The notes beneath the pieces were generated by a model that saw nothing but the letters and a program-made list of their open reading frames with translations, had not been told where the DNA came from and searched no databases. A DNA stretch of 64,000 bases from a virus: positions 31,225-95,224 of the IMG/VR virus record IMGVR_UViG_3300035703_000041; one strand, 5' to 3'. Numbering within the stretch: position 1 is the first letter of the stretch; every line of letters begins with the position of its first letter. The position numbers and the translations under genes are program-made. Shown here one piece after another: positions 17,711 to 27,225 of this stretch.

Positions 17711-19315
17711 ATGTTAATTAAAGATTTGCTACAAGGATCTACGCATGTTAATGAGGATGCTATATCAGATCTTGCCAGTAAATTAAAGAGTACTAAAGCA
17801 ACAAGTTATGATAATATCGATGCAATTATGCAAAAGATAGCAAAAGACAATAATATAACAGCTAAAGAATTACACGACATTTGGGTAAAAAAGTACGGTG
17901 AAAAACCAGATGATTGGATTAAAGATCAACTTAATGAAGCATTAACCGCTAAAGATACAGTTGAACGTTGGATTGCTGTTTTTAAAAGTAGTAAGCATCC
18001 AAAGTTTGCAGGTAAAACTCCTGAGCAGCGTGAGAAGATGGCAAGAGCTGCACAATATCGTGCAGTTCATAATAAAAAAATTAATGAAGCAAAAGTAACA
18101 CTATATACTGATCCATCATACTATGGTGCTGAAGTTGCAGACAATGCTGGCGAAGGTATACCCGTACAAGAAATACCATTAGACAATTTAGTTGGGTTTG
18201 AACCTGACGTTAAAATGCAGGACAAAAAGAGTGCAGCCAATATGTCTAAAATGGTTGACCTATTGAAAGCAGGCAAGGGCAAAGAACTACCACCAATACT
18301 AGTACGCAAGTATAAAAATGGTTATCAAGTATTAGATGGACATCATAGATTCCATGCTTACAAGAAAGCTGGAATAAAAACTATTCCAGCTAAACTTGTT
18401 CCTGATGAAGATATCAAAGTTGTTGATAAAATTGAAGAAGGTCCAGTTTGGGATAAAGTAAAGAATACTGCACTTGCTGGAACAATGGCAGGTGCGCTAG
18501 GGTATGGTGCGCTAACAGGGCAGTTACGTGACGAACCAAGGCAAGTGCCAGTTGACAAACCTCCTTTAGAAATTACTATACCAGGTGGTCAAGCAGAACC
18601 TGAAGTTAAAAAAGAACCAGAAAAACTATCACCAAGTACCGCTACAAACGCAAACAAAGAAATGGAAAAACTCGTGCTAACTGTTGCTTATCGCTCTGGG
18701 ATAAGAGGTCAAGAGTTGGCACAATTCATGGGACAAGTTGCTCATGAGACACTAGGATTTCAACGTTTAGTAGAAGTTGGTAGCGCAGAATACTTTAATA
18801 GATATGATCCAGAACATAGTCCTAAAAAAGCAAAGATACTTGGTAATGTTAATCCTGGTGACGGCATACGTTATAAAGGTCGCGGGTTTATACAAATAAC
18901 TGGGCGTGACAACTATAAGCGTGCTGGGAAAGCACTAGGGATTGATTTAGAAAATAACCCAAAGTGGGCAAGCAGTCCTAAAATTGCTGCTAAGATCGCT
19001 GTATGGTATTGGAAAAGTAGAGTAAAACCAGCAGTGGATGACTATACTGATACTATTGGTGTTACTTCAAAAATTAATCCTAGTATGAATGGTCTTGGTG
19101 ATAGAGACATGAACTTTCATCATTATTTAGAAAAGCTTAATTTAAATGAAAATTTTGCTGATGGAAAGAAACCAGGACGCAAGGGATTAGCCAAAAGAGT
19201 TGGTGTTAATTGTAAACAAAGCGTGACAAAGTTAAGAAAAATTGCTAGTAATAGTAGTGGTGAAAAACAGCGTATGGCACATTGGTGTGCAAATATGAAA
19301 GGCGGCAAAAAATGA
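17711..19315 (+). CDS. mosaic polyprotein with a ParB/Srx-like domain and a GH19 (lysozyme/chitinase) domain
   Basis: PPILVRK...VLDGHHR; AQFMGQVAHET...YKGRGFIQITGRDNY; linkers VNE, LNE, INE, IEE, LNE. Confidence 0.8.
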   Translation: MLIKDLLQGSTHVNEDAISDLASKLKSTKATSYDNIDAIMQKIAKDNNITAKELHDIWVKKYGEKPDDWIKDQLNEALTAKDTVERWIAVFKSSKHPKFAGKTPEQREKMARAAQYRAVHNKKINEAKVTLYTDPSYYGAEVADNAGEGIPVQEIPLDNLVGFEPDVKMQDKKSAANMSKMVDLLKAGKGKELPPILVRKYKNGYQVLDGHHRFHAYKKAGIKTIPAKLVPDEDIKVVDKIEEGPVWDKVKNTALAGTMAGALGYGALTGQLRDEPRQVPVDKPPLEITIPGGQAEPEVKKEPEKLSPSTATNANKEMEKLVLTVAYRSGIRGQELAQFMGQVAHETLGFQRLVEVGSAEYFNRYDPEHSPKKAKILGNVNPGDGIRYKGRGFIQITGRDNYKRAGKALGIDLENNPKWASSPKIAAKIAVWYWKSRVKPAVDDYTDTIGVTSKINPSMNGLGDRDMNFHHYLEKLNLNENFADGKKPGRKGLAKRVGVNCKQSVTKLRKIASNSSGEKQRMAHWCANMKGGKK

Positions 19316-19740
19316 GGCAGTGGATTAATTTGTTTGAAGACATTAATGATGAATGGTTCAGTAACGGCGGTTTCCAAGCATGGAAACAACCAGTCCCAGT
19401 AAAGTATACTACAGCAGCAGACTCAGGCACTATTCAAACACTTGAAGGTCCAGTAGCATATGGTGCTGGATTTAAAATTATTACTGGACCAAAAGGTGAA
19501 CAGTATCCAGTTCCTCCACAAAAGTTTGCAGAACTATATGATGATAATGAAGATGGTACTGCTACACCAAAGAAGATTGTTAAGACCGCTAAAGTAGCAG
19601 ATCACAACGGCGCTGTTAAGACAAGCTGGGGCGAGACGCTAAACTATACTGCAGGTGAGGATGTGATTGTACGACATGGACCAGGCGATTATGGTGTAGT
19701 TAAGAAAGATATTTTCGCTAAAACTTATACAACTTCTTAA
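19312..19740 (+). CDS. PGDYG-family protein
   Basis: QTLEG and HGPGDYGVV motifs; start moved to MRQWINLFE (ATGA overlap with upstream stop). Confidence 0.7.
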   Translation: MRQWINLFEDINDEWFSNGGFQAWKQPVPVKYTTAADSGTIQTLEGPVAYGAGFKIITGPKGEQYPVPPQKFAELYDDNEDGTATPKKIVKTAKVADHNGAVKTSWGETLNYTAGEDVIVRHGPGDYGVVKKDIFAKTYTTS

Positions 19741-21170
19741 GTTAATCTTACAAATACCTGCCCACTTACTTGATAGTAAGGATTACCAACAGCAACCCCA
19801 GCTAATGCAGCGGCTGCATCGTCAGCATAAGGACCAGGGATACCTGGCCATGCAGTTGATTGTACAGTATTATCAGGGAAAGTTAAATTACCATCAGTCT
19901 TAAAAGTCCACTCATACGCAGTAAGTTCAATGCCAAGCCCGCCGGTTGTGATTTTTACTTCACCTGAATCAGCCTCATTGAATGTTGCTATTGCTACATT
20001 GCCCATTTCAAAAGCATTTTCGCCCCAACCTAGCTGCATGCCGCCGCCAACGCCTGAGGTTGTAAATACCAAAAGTTCAGCAGGGGCTTGTAGCATCAAG
20101 GTTCCGTTAACAGGAGCATAATTTCCAATAGGAGATATAGTTAAATTCCCTGGTAAACTAAAGGAACCATCCTCACCAAATGTCCAACGTCTTAGTGTGC
20201 TGTCTGTTAGGTTGATGTCTATGTTGATAGCACTTTCGCTACCAATGTTGCCAGGTATGGTTAGATCACCGTCACTACCAAATATCCAAGACTTGCTGCT
20301 TTCACTATTTGCATTGGTTAGAACAGCAAACCCATCGTCGCTGAATACTACCAGTCCAGGTTCGTCTTCACTTATCCTGCCATTGCTGCTTCCAGGAAAA
20401 ATTAAATCACCACTTGAATTAAATGTCCAAGTCTTATACAATGCGCCAAATAAAACTGTTTGTGGCCCATCATCAAATCCTGCGGTAATATCTTGATCGA
20501 CATGTATTTGCCAGTTGCCAGCATCTTGTTGGATATCTGTAATCGTAGCAGTTATCGGTGTTCCCCATGCTGTGGTTACAGCACCACCTATTTGAATATT
20601 TGATCCCAATGCAGGATAGGTGTTGTCGTTGATAAACAAACGCCAAACATTGCCCGGAGGCACAAGTTCATCTACAGTGTGTACCGTGATATTCTCTATT
20701 AATGGATTTCCTATTGATATAAATGCATTAGTTGAGCTATTAATATTAACCGCGCTATTTGTGTCACTTACTTTTACATGGTTTATTTCACCACCGAGAA
20801 ATAGATCGGCTGTGCTTTGATCTATGCTCCCACCTGCTCTGATATGTATGTGACTAGGTTCACCACCAGTAGGTTCTATCACAAGATATTGATCGCTGCC
20901 GTTTCTCCTAAGTTCTTCGTCAGGAACCAGTTTAATAGTATCAAATTCATTGCCGTCACTGCTGTCTGCATCACCACCATAGAAGGTGCCTTTGTTTAGG
21001 ACCTTGCTTTTTACATGTGTTCGAATGCCGTCAAACATCAATAATTCTAATTTACCGTTGTCACCAACATAAAGAGCAAGTTCACCATAGGGACGGATTT
21101 CGTCTGTGCTAGTATTGTTAGCGCCGTCACCTTCAATTTGACTTACATTTATTCTTCTTACTCTCGTCAC
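19737..21170 (-). CDS. tail fibre / virion structural protein
   Basis: Four W.F..DG.L..P repeats; FPDNTVQSTA motif; acidic and Gly-rich. Confidence 0.65.
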   Translation of the reverse strand: MTRVRRINVSQIEGDGANNTSTDEIRPYGELALYVGDNGKLELLMFDGIRTHVKSKVLNKGTFYGGDADSSDGNEFDTIKLVPDEELRRNGSDQYLVIEPTGGEPSHIHIRAGGSIDQSTADLFLGGEINHVKVSDTNSAVNINSSTNAFISIGNPLIENITVHTVDELVPPGNVWRLFINDNTYPALGSNIQIGGAVTTAWGTPITATITDIQQDAGNWQIHVDQDITAGFDDGPQTVLFGALYKTWTFNSSGDLIFPGSSNGRISEDEPGLVVFSDDGFAVLTNANSESSKSWIFGSDGDLTIPGNIGSESAINIDINLTDSTLRRWTFGEDGSFSLPGNLTISPIGNYAPVNGTLMLQAPAELLVFTTSGVGGGMQLGWGENAFEMGNVAIATFNEADSGEVKITTGGLGIELTAYEWTFKTDGNLTFPDNTVQSTAWPGIPGPYADDAAAALAGVAVGNPYYQVSGQVFVRLT

Positions 21171-21185
21171 TTTGTTTGCCCCTAA

Positions 21186-24059
21186 TTAATCGTTGTTGTA
21201 TTCTGAACCGTAGAATATCTTAGCAGTCCATTGTATCTTAAGTGTATTGACCTCACCATCTAATCTACGGTAGCTGATAGTGCCTTCATTCTGCACGAAC
21301 CACAAGTCATCATTTTCGCCATCTGTTGACCCGCTTGATACCTCAGTGTGAGTGATGTTCTCTTCACCATCGTCATCTACTATGTGTATGGTTCCTATGA
21401 TGGTAGCATCGCCAGTAAACGCATGATAATCAATTATTGCACCGCGGAAGTCGTCACTGCCACCTGAAAGATCATTCTTATCCCACCATACAACAGGTTC
21501 AGCACCTGTTGAAACTCTATAATAAACCGTGTCTCCCTGTGTGACGGAAACATAACGATCACCTATGTGGTATAACTGAAGGAAGTTATTTGTGCTGCTG
21601 CCCACTACCTCAGCTGGATACCAAGTGCTGTTATCGAGACTAAATTCCAATTCATAGTCTGTTGGTCCATCGTAGAGAGTGTATAGATCTACATCCCAGT
21701 TTATGAATGTGTAATAATCGTTTCTAGTGTCAAAAGCAGTTGCCGCTACTGATGTTTGAGTTATTCTTTCAGTTACTGATACTTGTTTGTAACCAACAGC
21801 TTCTTCAATCCTGCGTTCGTCTGTTGCTCTAAGTTTAACGCGACCCAACCCTTCTGCGGATTTTAATATAGTACCATCAACAAATTTGATACCTTCATTT
21901 AGTTTAGTTCTATCTATCTCATAACGTAGATAACTAAAACCGCCTCCACCTCCTTGTGTCCAGCTTAACCAATATATACCAAAATATTGATCAGTGTCAG
22001 GAATATACATAATTGCTTTACTACCAGGGACTTTGTTACCTAACCCGCCGTTACCATATGCTTCATAAAAAGGAAGATAAGTTCTATCTTCCAAATTAGT
22101 TAAGTCATCCCACCCAGCAATGTTCCACAATGTTCCTAGAGGGCTTACATCTGAGTCCCATCCGTTTTCTCTGTACGGGTTATAGATGCCGTTGTTGGCA
22201 TCTCTAGTTATACCAATTTGTAAGGTTGAGTCATCGTTTTCTACGAAAGTATCTATCAAATTGCTATTATCAGGTTTTAGGAAATAGTTTGGATTAGTGA
22301 TTTGAGTTCTTGTGTAAGCAAATGATCCACCGTTATTTTGTCCCCAATCAGTAAACTCAAACTTGTAATACTTGTCGTTTATTGTGTCGTGCATTACAAG
22401 CTCAGCTTCAAGAATATTATTACCAACTTGGTTGTTAAGTGCTGAACGGAATGTAGTATAACTTCTAGATTCTAAATTTAATAAGTCTCCCCAACCATCG
22501 TTGTTCCATTCAGTGCCTAGAGGACTTAGATAAGTGTTATTGTCATACTCAATTTCAGCTTCTATATTATACAATGCTTGGTTACTACTGCGAGCGAGAG
22601 TTAAACCTGTATCTATCTCATCAGTTTGAGAACCATCTGCTGTTCTTGTAAATTCAAAAGGTTCACCTAAGACTGCTGCTTGCACAATAAGTGGATTGTT
22701 TGTTAGCTCTAGATAAGGTTGCGAAGTACTGCCGCCTCCTCCAGTAATAACATTGCCATCTACTAATAAATTACCTGTATTATCTATACTTAAAGCAACA
22801 TTGCCCAAGTATATTGTGCTATTGCTTACATATAAATCTTTCCATGGACGATCAATAGTACCTAAACTATGTTGAGGGGTTAAGTCTGGGCCTTCTATTA
22901 CACCTGGTAATAAATCTCCATCAAAATAAACATCCCCAGTTCCATCAAACAAAGTAGTGTGGAATTCATTTGTCGCTCTATCAACACGGGAAATTCTTAT
23001 ATCTTCAAAATTCATATTGATAGCTAATAATCCGTCTTCTGTTGCTATTTTACTACCAACAGTTGGTACTCTTAATTCGCCATCACCTAAAAATCTCCAA
23101 GCTTTACTTGGATTATTTTGCCATTGTGTTTGAATAAATGGACCAACAGCATCAATACCAATAAAGCTATCTAAATCATAACTTGCTAACTCAACATAAC
23201 TATTGGCTGCTGCTCTTATGTCTAAGCTATGTTGTCCTGCGGGATCATTAGGATTGCCTTGTTCTCCGTACCAAATTTCTAAACGTGGCCCGTCATTTAA
23301 ATGTGTTAGATCGTTAAATCTAATAAATCCTCCATCCCCAACATTGTGATCGGGGTCTGTTGAATTGTCTTCAAATATAATACTTTGTGATCTAAATCTA
23401 AATTCTAAAGTATCTAAACTTGTTTCTATTAAATTGTTAGAAACGTTTAAATTACCAATAGTGATATTTGATACCACGTTGCTAAATTCTATTCCATTTT
23501 CAGTGCTATTAACTTTAAGCAACAAACCTGCTTGGCTAGCAAAGCTATCAGGTGTTTCACCAATATTTGTAAATGTTATGTTTGGGACTCCATCTATAGT
23601 AGATGTTGCTGTTGGATTATAGTTCCAAGCATCTTCAATTGTAATTGGAGTAAATGCACCATAGTTATCATCAAGGTATAAAATTTCACCTGAACTTACG
23701 CTACTACCATCATCAGGATCAACTAAACGAGCAATTAGATGATAAAAACGATGTTGAAGATATCTTAAATCTTCTTCAGTAAATGTAATTGTAGCTACAC
23801 CAGAAGCTGGTGCAGTAATAGTAGCAGTTTTAGTTACAAAATGCTCTTTAGTTTCACGATCAACAATTTGAACTTGAACATCATAATTAGTCAAGTTCAC
23901 TACTTTTTGATTTACGCTAAAAACAACTAACCTAAATTGATTAGCAGTTCCTTTGTAAAGCATAATAGGCTGTTGATAAGCCATACGCCAATTAGTACCT
24001 GTTGTATTAGTACCAGTTGCGATTACGGGGTTATAACTGAAGGCATATATAGTTTGCAT
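21186..24059 (-). CDS. tail fibre / baseplate-attached structural protein
   Basis: N-terminal BppU-like beta domain, LGTIDRPWKDLYVSNSTIYLG fibre motif, duplicated SPLGT.WN..GW.DL.NLE.R.Y module. Confidence 0.65.
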   Translation of the reverse strand: MQTIYAFSYNPVIATGTNTTGTNWRMAYQQPIMLYKGTANQFRLVVFSVNQKVVNLTNYDVQVQIVDRETKEHFVTKTATITAPASGVATITFTEEDLRYLQHRFYHLIARLVDPDDGSSVSSGEILYLDDNYGAFTPITIEDAWNYNPTATSTIDGVPNITFTNIGETPDSFASQAGLLLKVNSTENGIEFSNVVSNITIGNLNVSNNLIETSLDTLEFRFRSQSIIFEDNSTDPDHNVGDGGFIRFNDLTHLNDGPRLEIWYGEQGNPNDPAGQHSLDIRAAANSYVELASYDLDSFIGIDAVGPFIQTQWQNNPSKAWRFLGDGELRVPTVGSKIATEDGLLAINMNFEDIRISRVDRATNEFHTTLFDGTGDVYFDGDLLPGVIEGPDLTPQHSLGTIDRPWKDLYVSNSTIYLGNVALSIDNTGNLLVDGNVITGGGGSTSQPYLELTNNPLIVQAAVLGEPFEFTRTADGSQTDEIDTGLTLARSSNQALYNIEAEIEYDNNTYLSPLGTEWNNDGWGDLLNLESRSYTTFRSALNNQVGNNILEAELVMHDTINDKYYKFEFTDWGQNNGGSFAYTRTQITNPNYFLKPDNSNLIDTFVENDDSTLQIGITRDANNGIYNPYRENGWDSDVSPLGTLWNIAGWDDLTNLEDRTYLPFYEAYGNGGLGNKVPGSKAIMYIPDTDQYFGIYWLSWTQGGGGGFSYLRYEIDRTKLNEGIKFVDGTILKSAEGLGRVKLRATDERRIEEAVGYKQVSVTERITQTSVAATAFDTRNDYYTFINWDVDLYTLYDGPTDYELEFSLDNSTWYPAEVVGSSTNNFLQLYHIGDRYVSVTQGDTVYYRVSTGAEPVVWWDKNDLSGGSDDFRGAIIDYHAFTGDATIIGTIHIVDDDGEENITHTEVSSGSTDGENDDLWFVQNEGTISYRRLDGEVNTLKIQWTAKIFYGSEYNND

Positions 24060-24064
24060 ATGAA

Positions 24065-24090
24065 TATTTATTTGAAACTACCTATAAATA
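24065..24090. promoter_or_regulatory. back-to-back divergent late promoters
   Basis: TATTTA at 24065-24070 (TAAATA on minus strand) and TATAAATA at 24083-24090. Confidence 0.7.
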
Positions 24091-24113
24091 CATATAGTTA
24101 TTAGGAACATGCC

Positions 24114-24437
24114 ATGCGAGCAACAGACATTATAAGACAAGTTTTAAATATGATTGACAGCATAGAAACAAACATGGCACAGGGCAAAGAAGAACCTGTT
24201 GTTAGTGTTGAAATTGAAGCTGGTGCCGATGATGAATTAGCTCGTATGAAACAGATTGCAGGTCTACTAGGATCTGGGGAAACTCAATATAGCAATCAAC
24301 CTCAGGAACGTATTGCAAGTATTGAAGCAGTAACAACTGATGCTGGGGGAGGCGTTAATGGTCCAAAACATCCAGCTGATATGAGAGCAGATAGCATAAG
24401 CATGTATCCAAATCATCAACATAAGCCAGGAATGTAA
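24114..24437 (+). CDS. hypothetical late protein
   Basis: AGGA SD; downstream of TATAAATA. Confidence 0.7.
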   Translation: MRATDIIRQVLNMIDSIETNMAQGKEEPVVSVEIEAGADDELARMKQIAGLLGSGETQYSNQPQERIASIEAVTTDAGGGVNGPKHPADMRADSISMYPNHQHKPGM

Positions 24438-24440
24438 AAT

Positions 24441-24860
24441 ATGGCAAATATAACAATAAGCGTACAAAGCTTTTTAAACGCGGCAGACACACTTAGTATT
24501 ACTATTGCAGATACTAATACTGTAGCTCAATTGAAAACTGCTATAAGTTTGCAGGAAGCTGTTCCAACAACTCAGATGAAGTTGTTTTTCAACAATGCAT
24601 TATTGGGTAATACTAGCACTTTAGTTAGTTTAGGAATTGTAAGTGGAAGTTATATTAAAACAGCTAATACAATTGCTCGTTTATCAACAAGAGAAGATAG
24701 ACAAAAAGCTAAATTGGATTTAGCAGCACTTGATCGTGCAGCATATGGTTCTCGTCCAAGCACATACGACATAAACAAACTTCCAAATCCATATAATGGC
24801 AATAGTGTTGATCCTGATGACGGTGCTTCAACACTAACAACAGGCCGTCCCTGGAGTTAA
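24441..24860 (+). CDS. ubiquitin-like (beta-grasp) domain protein
   Basis: ITISVQS...TLSITIADTNTVAQLKTAISLQEAVPTTQMKLFFNNALL...TLVSLGIVSGSYI follows the ubiquitin pattern position by position. Confidence 0.75.
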   Translation: MANITISVQSFLNAADTLSITIADTNTVAQLKTAISLQEAVPTTQMKLFFNNALLGNTSTLVSLGIVSGSYIKTANTIARLSTREDRQKAKLDLAALDRAAYGSRPSTYDINKLPNPYNGNSVDPDDGASTLTTGRPWS

Positions 24861-24863
24861 TAA

Positions 24864-26690
24864 ATGGCAGGCAGAGAAGGCCCTTACAGGCGAGATTACA
24901 ATTCAACTGATTATATCCATCCTAATGAAGAGAATCTGTTCAATCTTCACAAGGCTATGCAATATAATAATGCTGGACAACCTGTTATACGAACTCATGT
25001 GGATGGTATCACTTTAGAAGGCGATGTACTCGTAGATAAAGTTAGAGTTGAAGTTAATGCTGCTGGCGATACTATAACGCCTGATACCCCTGTATCAATA
25101 AGCAAAGATGATAATCCTAACTCGAGCAGCAATCCAATCTATGTTGCAGCTAACATAACAGGTGGTAATGTTAATGCTGCTGTGACCGGCACTGTTACTG
25201 TGAGTAGCATTACTAATACTGCTAATGTTAACATATTAAACATACCAAGTGTGACAATCAATAGTGGAACAATTACTGCTATTACAAACACTGTAAATGT
25301 TAATGTTCTTAATATTCCGAGCGTAACTGTTAACAGTGGAAACATTACATTAGCTACAGGTAGCAATGTCATTGGACAAGTCAATCAAGCTACTGCTAGC
25401 AATCCGTGGCATGTTGATGGAAATGTAAATGCCACTATCACAGGCACGGTAACAACCACCGTTGTTGATGGTGCAGTAGATGCTTTTGGTAGGTTAAGAG
25501 TAAGTGAAGCATTTACACTGGGTGACTACAAACACACCTACGGTATTGATCCTAACTTTAGGGACACACTGTCTAATGGTGGAACCGTGACCCACATTAC
25601 CAATCAAGCCGCTGCAAGATTGGCAACTACTAATAACTCTAGTAGCCGTGTCATTCATCAGACAAAAATGTATCACAACTACATGCCTGGTAAAAGCCAA
25701 CTGGTTAAAAGCACCATAAACTTTTACAGTGCCACAGCAAATGTAACCAAACGCACGGGATACTATGATGATCTGAATGGCATTTACTTTGAGCAGATTG
25801 GCACCGGAGAGTTGGCATTTGTGATCAGGACAGATACCAGTGGCACTGCCAGTGATGCTCGCAGAGCAATTCAATCCAGCTGGAACAAAGATAAGTGTGA
25901 TGGCACAGGACCGAGTGGATTTAACTTAGACATTACAAAAACACAAATTTTCTTTACTGATTTTCAATGGTTGGGTGTAGGTCGAGTTCGCTGTGGATTC
26001 GTTCATGATGGACTAACGATTATAGCGCACGAGTTTTATAACAGCAATAACTTAGCCACAGTGTATATGAGCAATCCTAACTTACCTATTCGTTGTGAAA
26101 TCTTAAACACAGGTGCTACTGCTGGTGGATACTTTGATCAAATCTGCTCCACTGTAATTTCTGAGGGTGGGTATATAGAAAGTGGTATCGACTTTAGCGT
26201 CGACAGTGGTCAAACATCGCAGAGCGTTACTGTTGCTAATGGAATGTATCCTATTGTTGCTATCAGATTGAAGAATACATTTAGAGGATATCCCAACAGA
26301 GTTGTGGTGCGTTCAGGTAATATTAACGTGTATGCTGAAGAATTTCCAGCATACTGGGCATTGTTCAAACTGTCAGGTTTATCTGCTATCACATTGTCTG
26401 ATGCCACTTGGACTTCTGCTAATGCTGATTCGGCAGTGGAGTATAGTTTAAATGCTACAGCATTTACTGGTGGCGACAGATTAGATGGTGGAATTGTAGG
26501 AACAACAAGTCCTGGCGGTTCAGCGAAAGGTACAGGCACTGCACCTGTGAATCAACCAAGCAACGCTAAGAAAAACTTTATCGCACAGAATCAAGACAGT
26601 ACTGATAGTGAGATTTACCTAGTCTGTGCAAAAGCAATAGGTGGAACCAGCAAGCTATGGGTTGACTTTCAGTGGCGTGAGATTTATTAA
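24864..26690 (+). CDS. virion structural protein
   Basis: N/T/V-rich stalk with repeat NT(A/V)NVN(I/V)LNIPSVT(I/V)NSG; DAFGRLRVS motif; beta-rich C-terminal domain. Confidence 0.65.
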   Translation: MAGREGPYRRDYNSTDYIHPNEENLFNLHKAMQYNNAGQPVIRTHVDGITLEGDVLVDKVRVEVNAAGDTITPDTPVSISKDDNPNSSSNPIYVAANITGGNVNAAVTGTVTVSSITNTANVNILNIPSVTINSGTITAITNTVNVNVLNIPSVTVNSGNITLATGSNVIGQVNQATASNPWHVDGNVNATITGTVTTTVVDGAVDAFGRLRVSEAFTLGDYKHTYGIDPNFRDTLSNGGTVTHITNQAAARLATTNNSSSRVIHQTKMYHNYMPGKSQLVKSTINFYSATANVTKRTGYYDDLNGIYFEQIGTGELAFVIRTDTSGTASDARRAIQSSWNKDKCDGTGPSGFNLDITKTQIFFTDFQWLGVGRVRCGFVHDGLTIIAHEFYNSNNLATVYMSNPNLPIRCEILNTGATAGGYFDQICSTVISEGGYIESGIDFSVDSGQTSQSVTVANGMYPIVAIRLKNTFRGYPNRVVVRSGNINVYAEEFPAYWALFKLSGLSAITLSDATWTSANADSAVEYSLNATAFTGGDRLDGGIVGTTSPGGSAKGTGTAPVNQPSNAKKNFIAQNQDSTDSEIYLVCAKAIGGTSKLWVDFQWREIY

Positions 26691-26734
26691 AGTACATGCA
26701 AATTATCATAAATTACTAAAAAGGAGAAATCAAA

Positions 26735-26896
26735 ATGTCTAAAGCAAAAATTGGCGGTCAAGGCGCTGCAAAAAACATGCTTGGCCGCGCAGGAAGTGGT
26801 AAAAAGACTAGCATCGGCGCTAGTAACAATAGCCGACCAAAAAGTCGCAGCGCAAAACTAAGTACAAAAGCTTATCGCGGGCAAGGTCGTCCGTAA
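26735..26896 (+). CDS. small basic protein ending YRGQGRP (53 aa, not in ORF track)
   Basis: AAGGAG SD; K/R/G/S-rich. Confidence 0.7.
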   Translation: MSKAKIGGQGAAKNMLGRAGSGKKTSIGASNNSRPKSRSAKLSTKAYRGQGRP

Positions 26897-26952
26897 TTAA
26901 ATTTTGCTTTTTATCTCTAAGACTGTTAGCTTATGTTATCTAAGGAGCATAT

Positions 26953-27216
26953 ATGACAACTACTCGAAACTTTAATGCTGAAGAAAAGGCCAAGCTTACT
27001 CAGATCATCCGCGAAGGTTCAACCATCCTACAAGAAGTAGAAGACCTTAATGGTAGTCTTAGTGATACAATTAAAGCTGTAGCAGAAGAGCTACAGATTA
27101 AACCAAGCATTCTTAAAAAAGCAATTGCTATTGCTCACAAGGGCGAATATCAACGCCATGCTGAGGACTTTAGTATTCTCGAAGACGTACTCGCTGCTGT
27201 TGGTAAAGCAGAATAA
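26953..27216 (+). CDS. dsDNA-binding protein, T4 DsbA/GapR-like
   Basis: 87-aa helical protein with IKAVAEELQIKPSILKKAI; TAAGGAG SD. Confidence 0.6.
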   Translation: MTTTRNFNAEEKAKLTQIIREGSTILQEVEDLNGSLSDTIKAVAEELQIKPSILKKAIAIAHKGEYQRHAEDFSILEDVLAAVGKAE

Positions 27217-27225
27217 AAATAAGTA

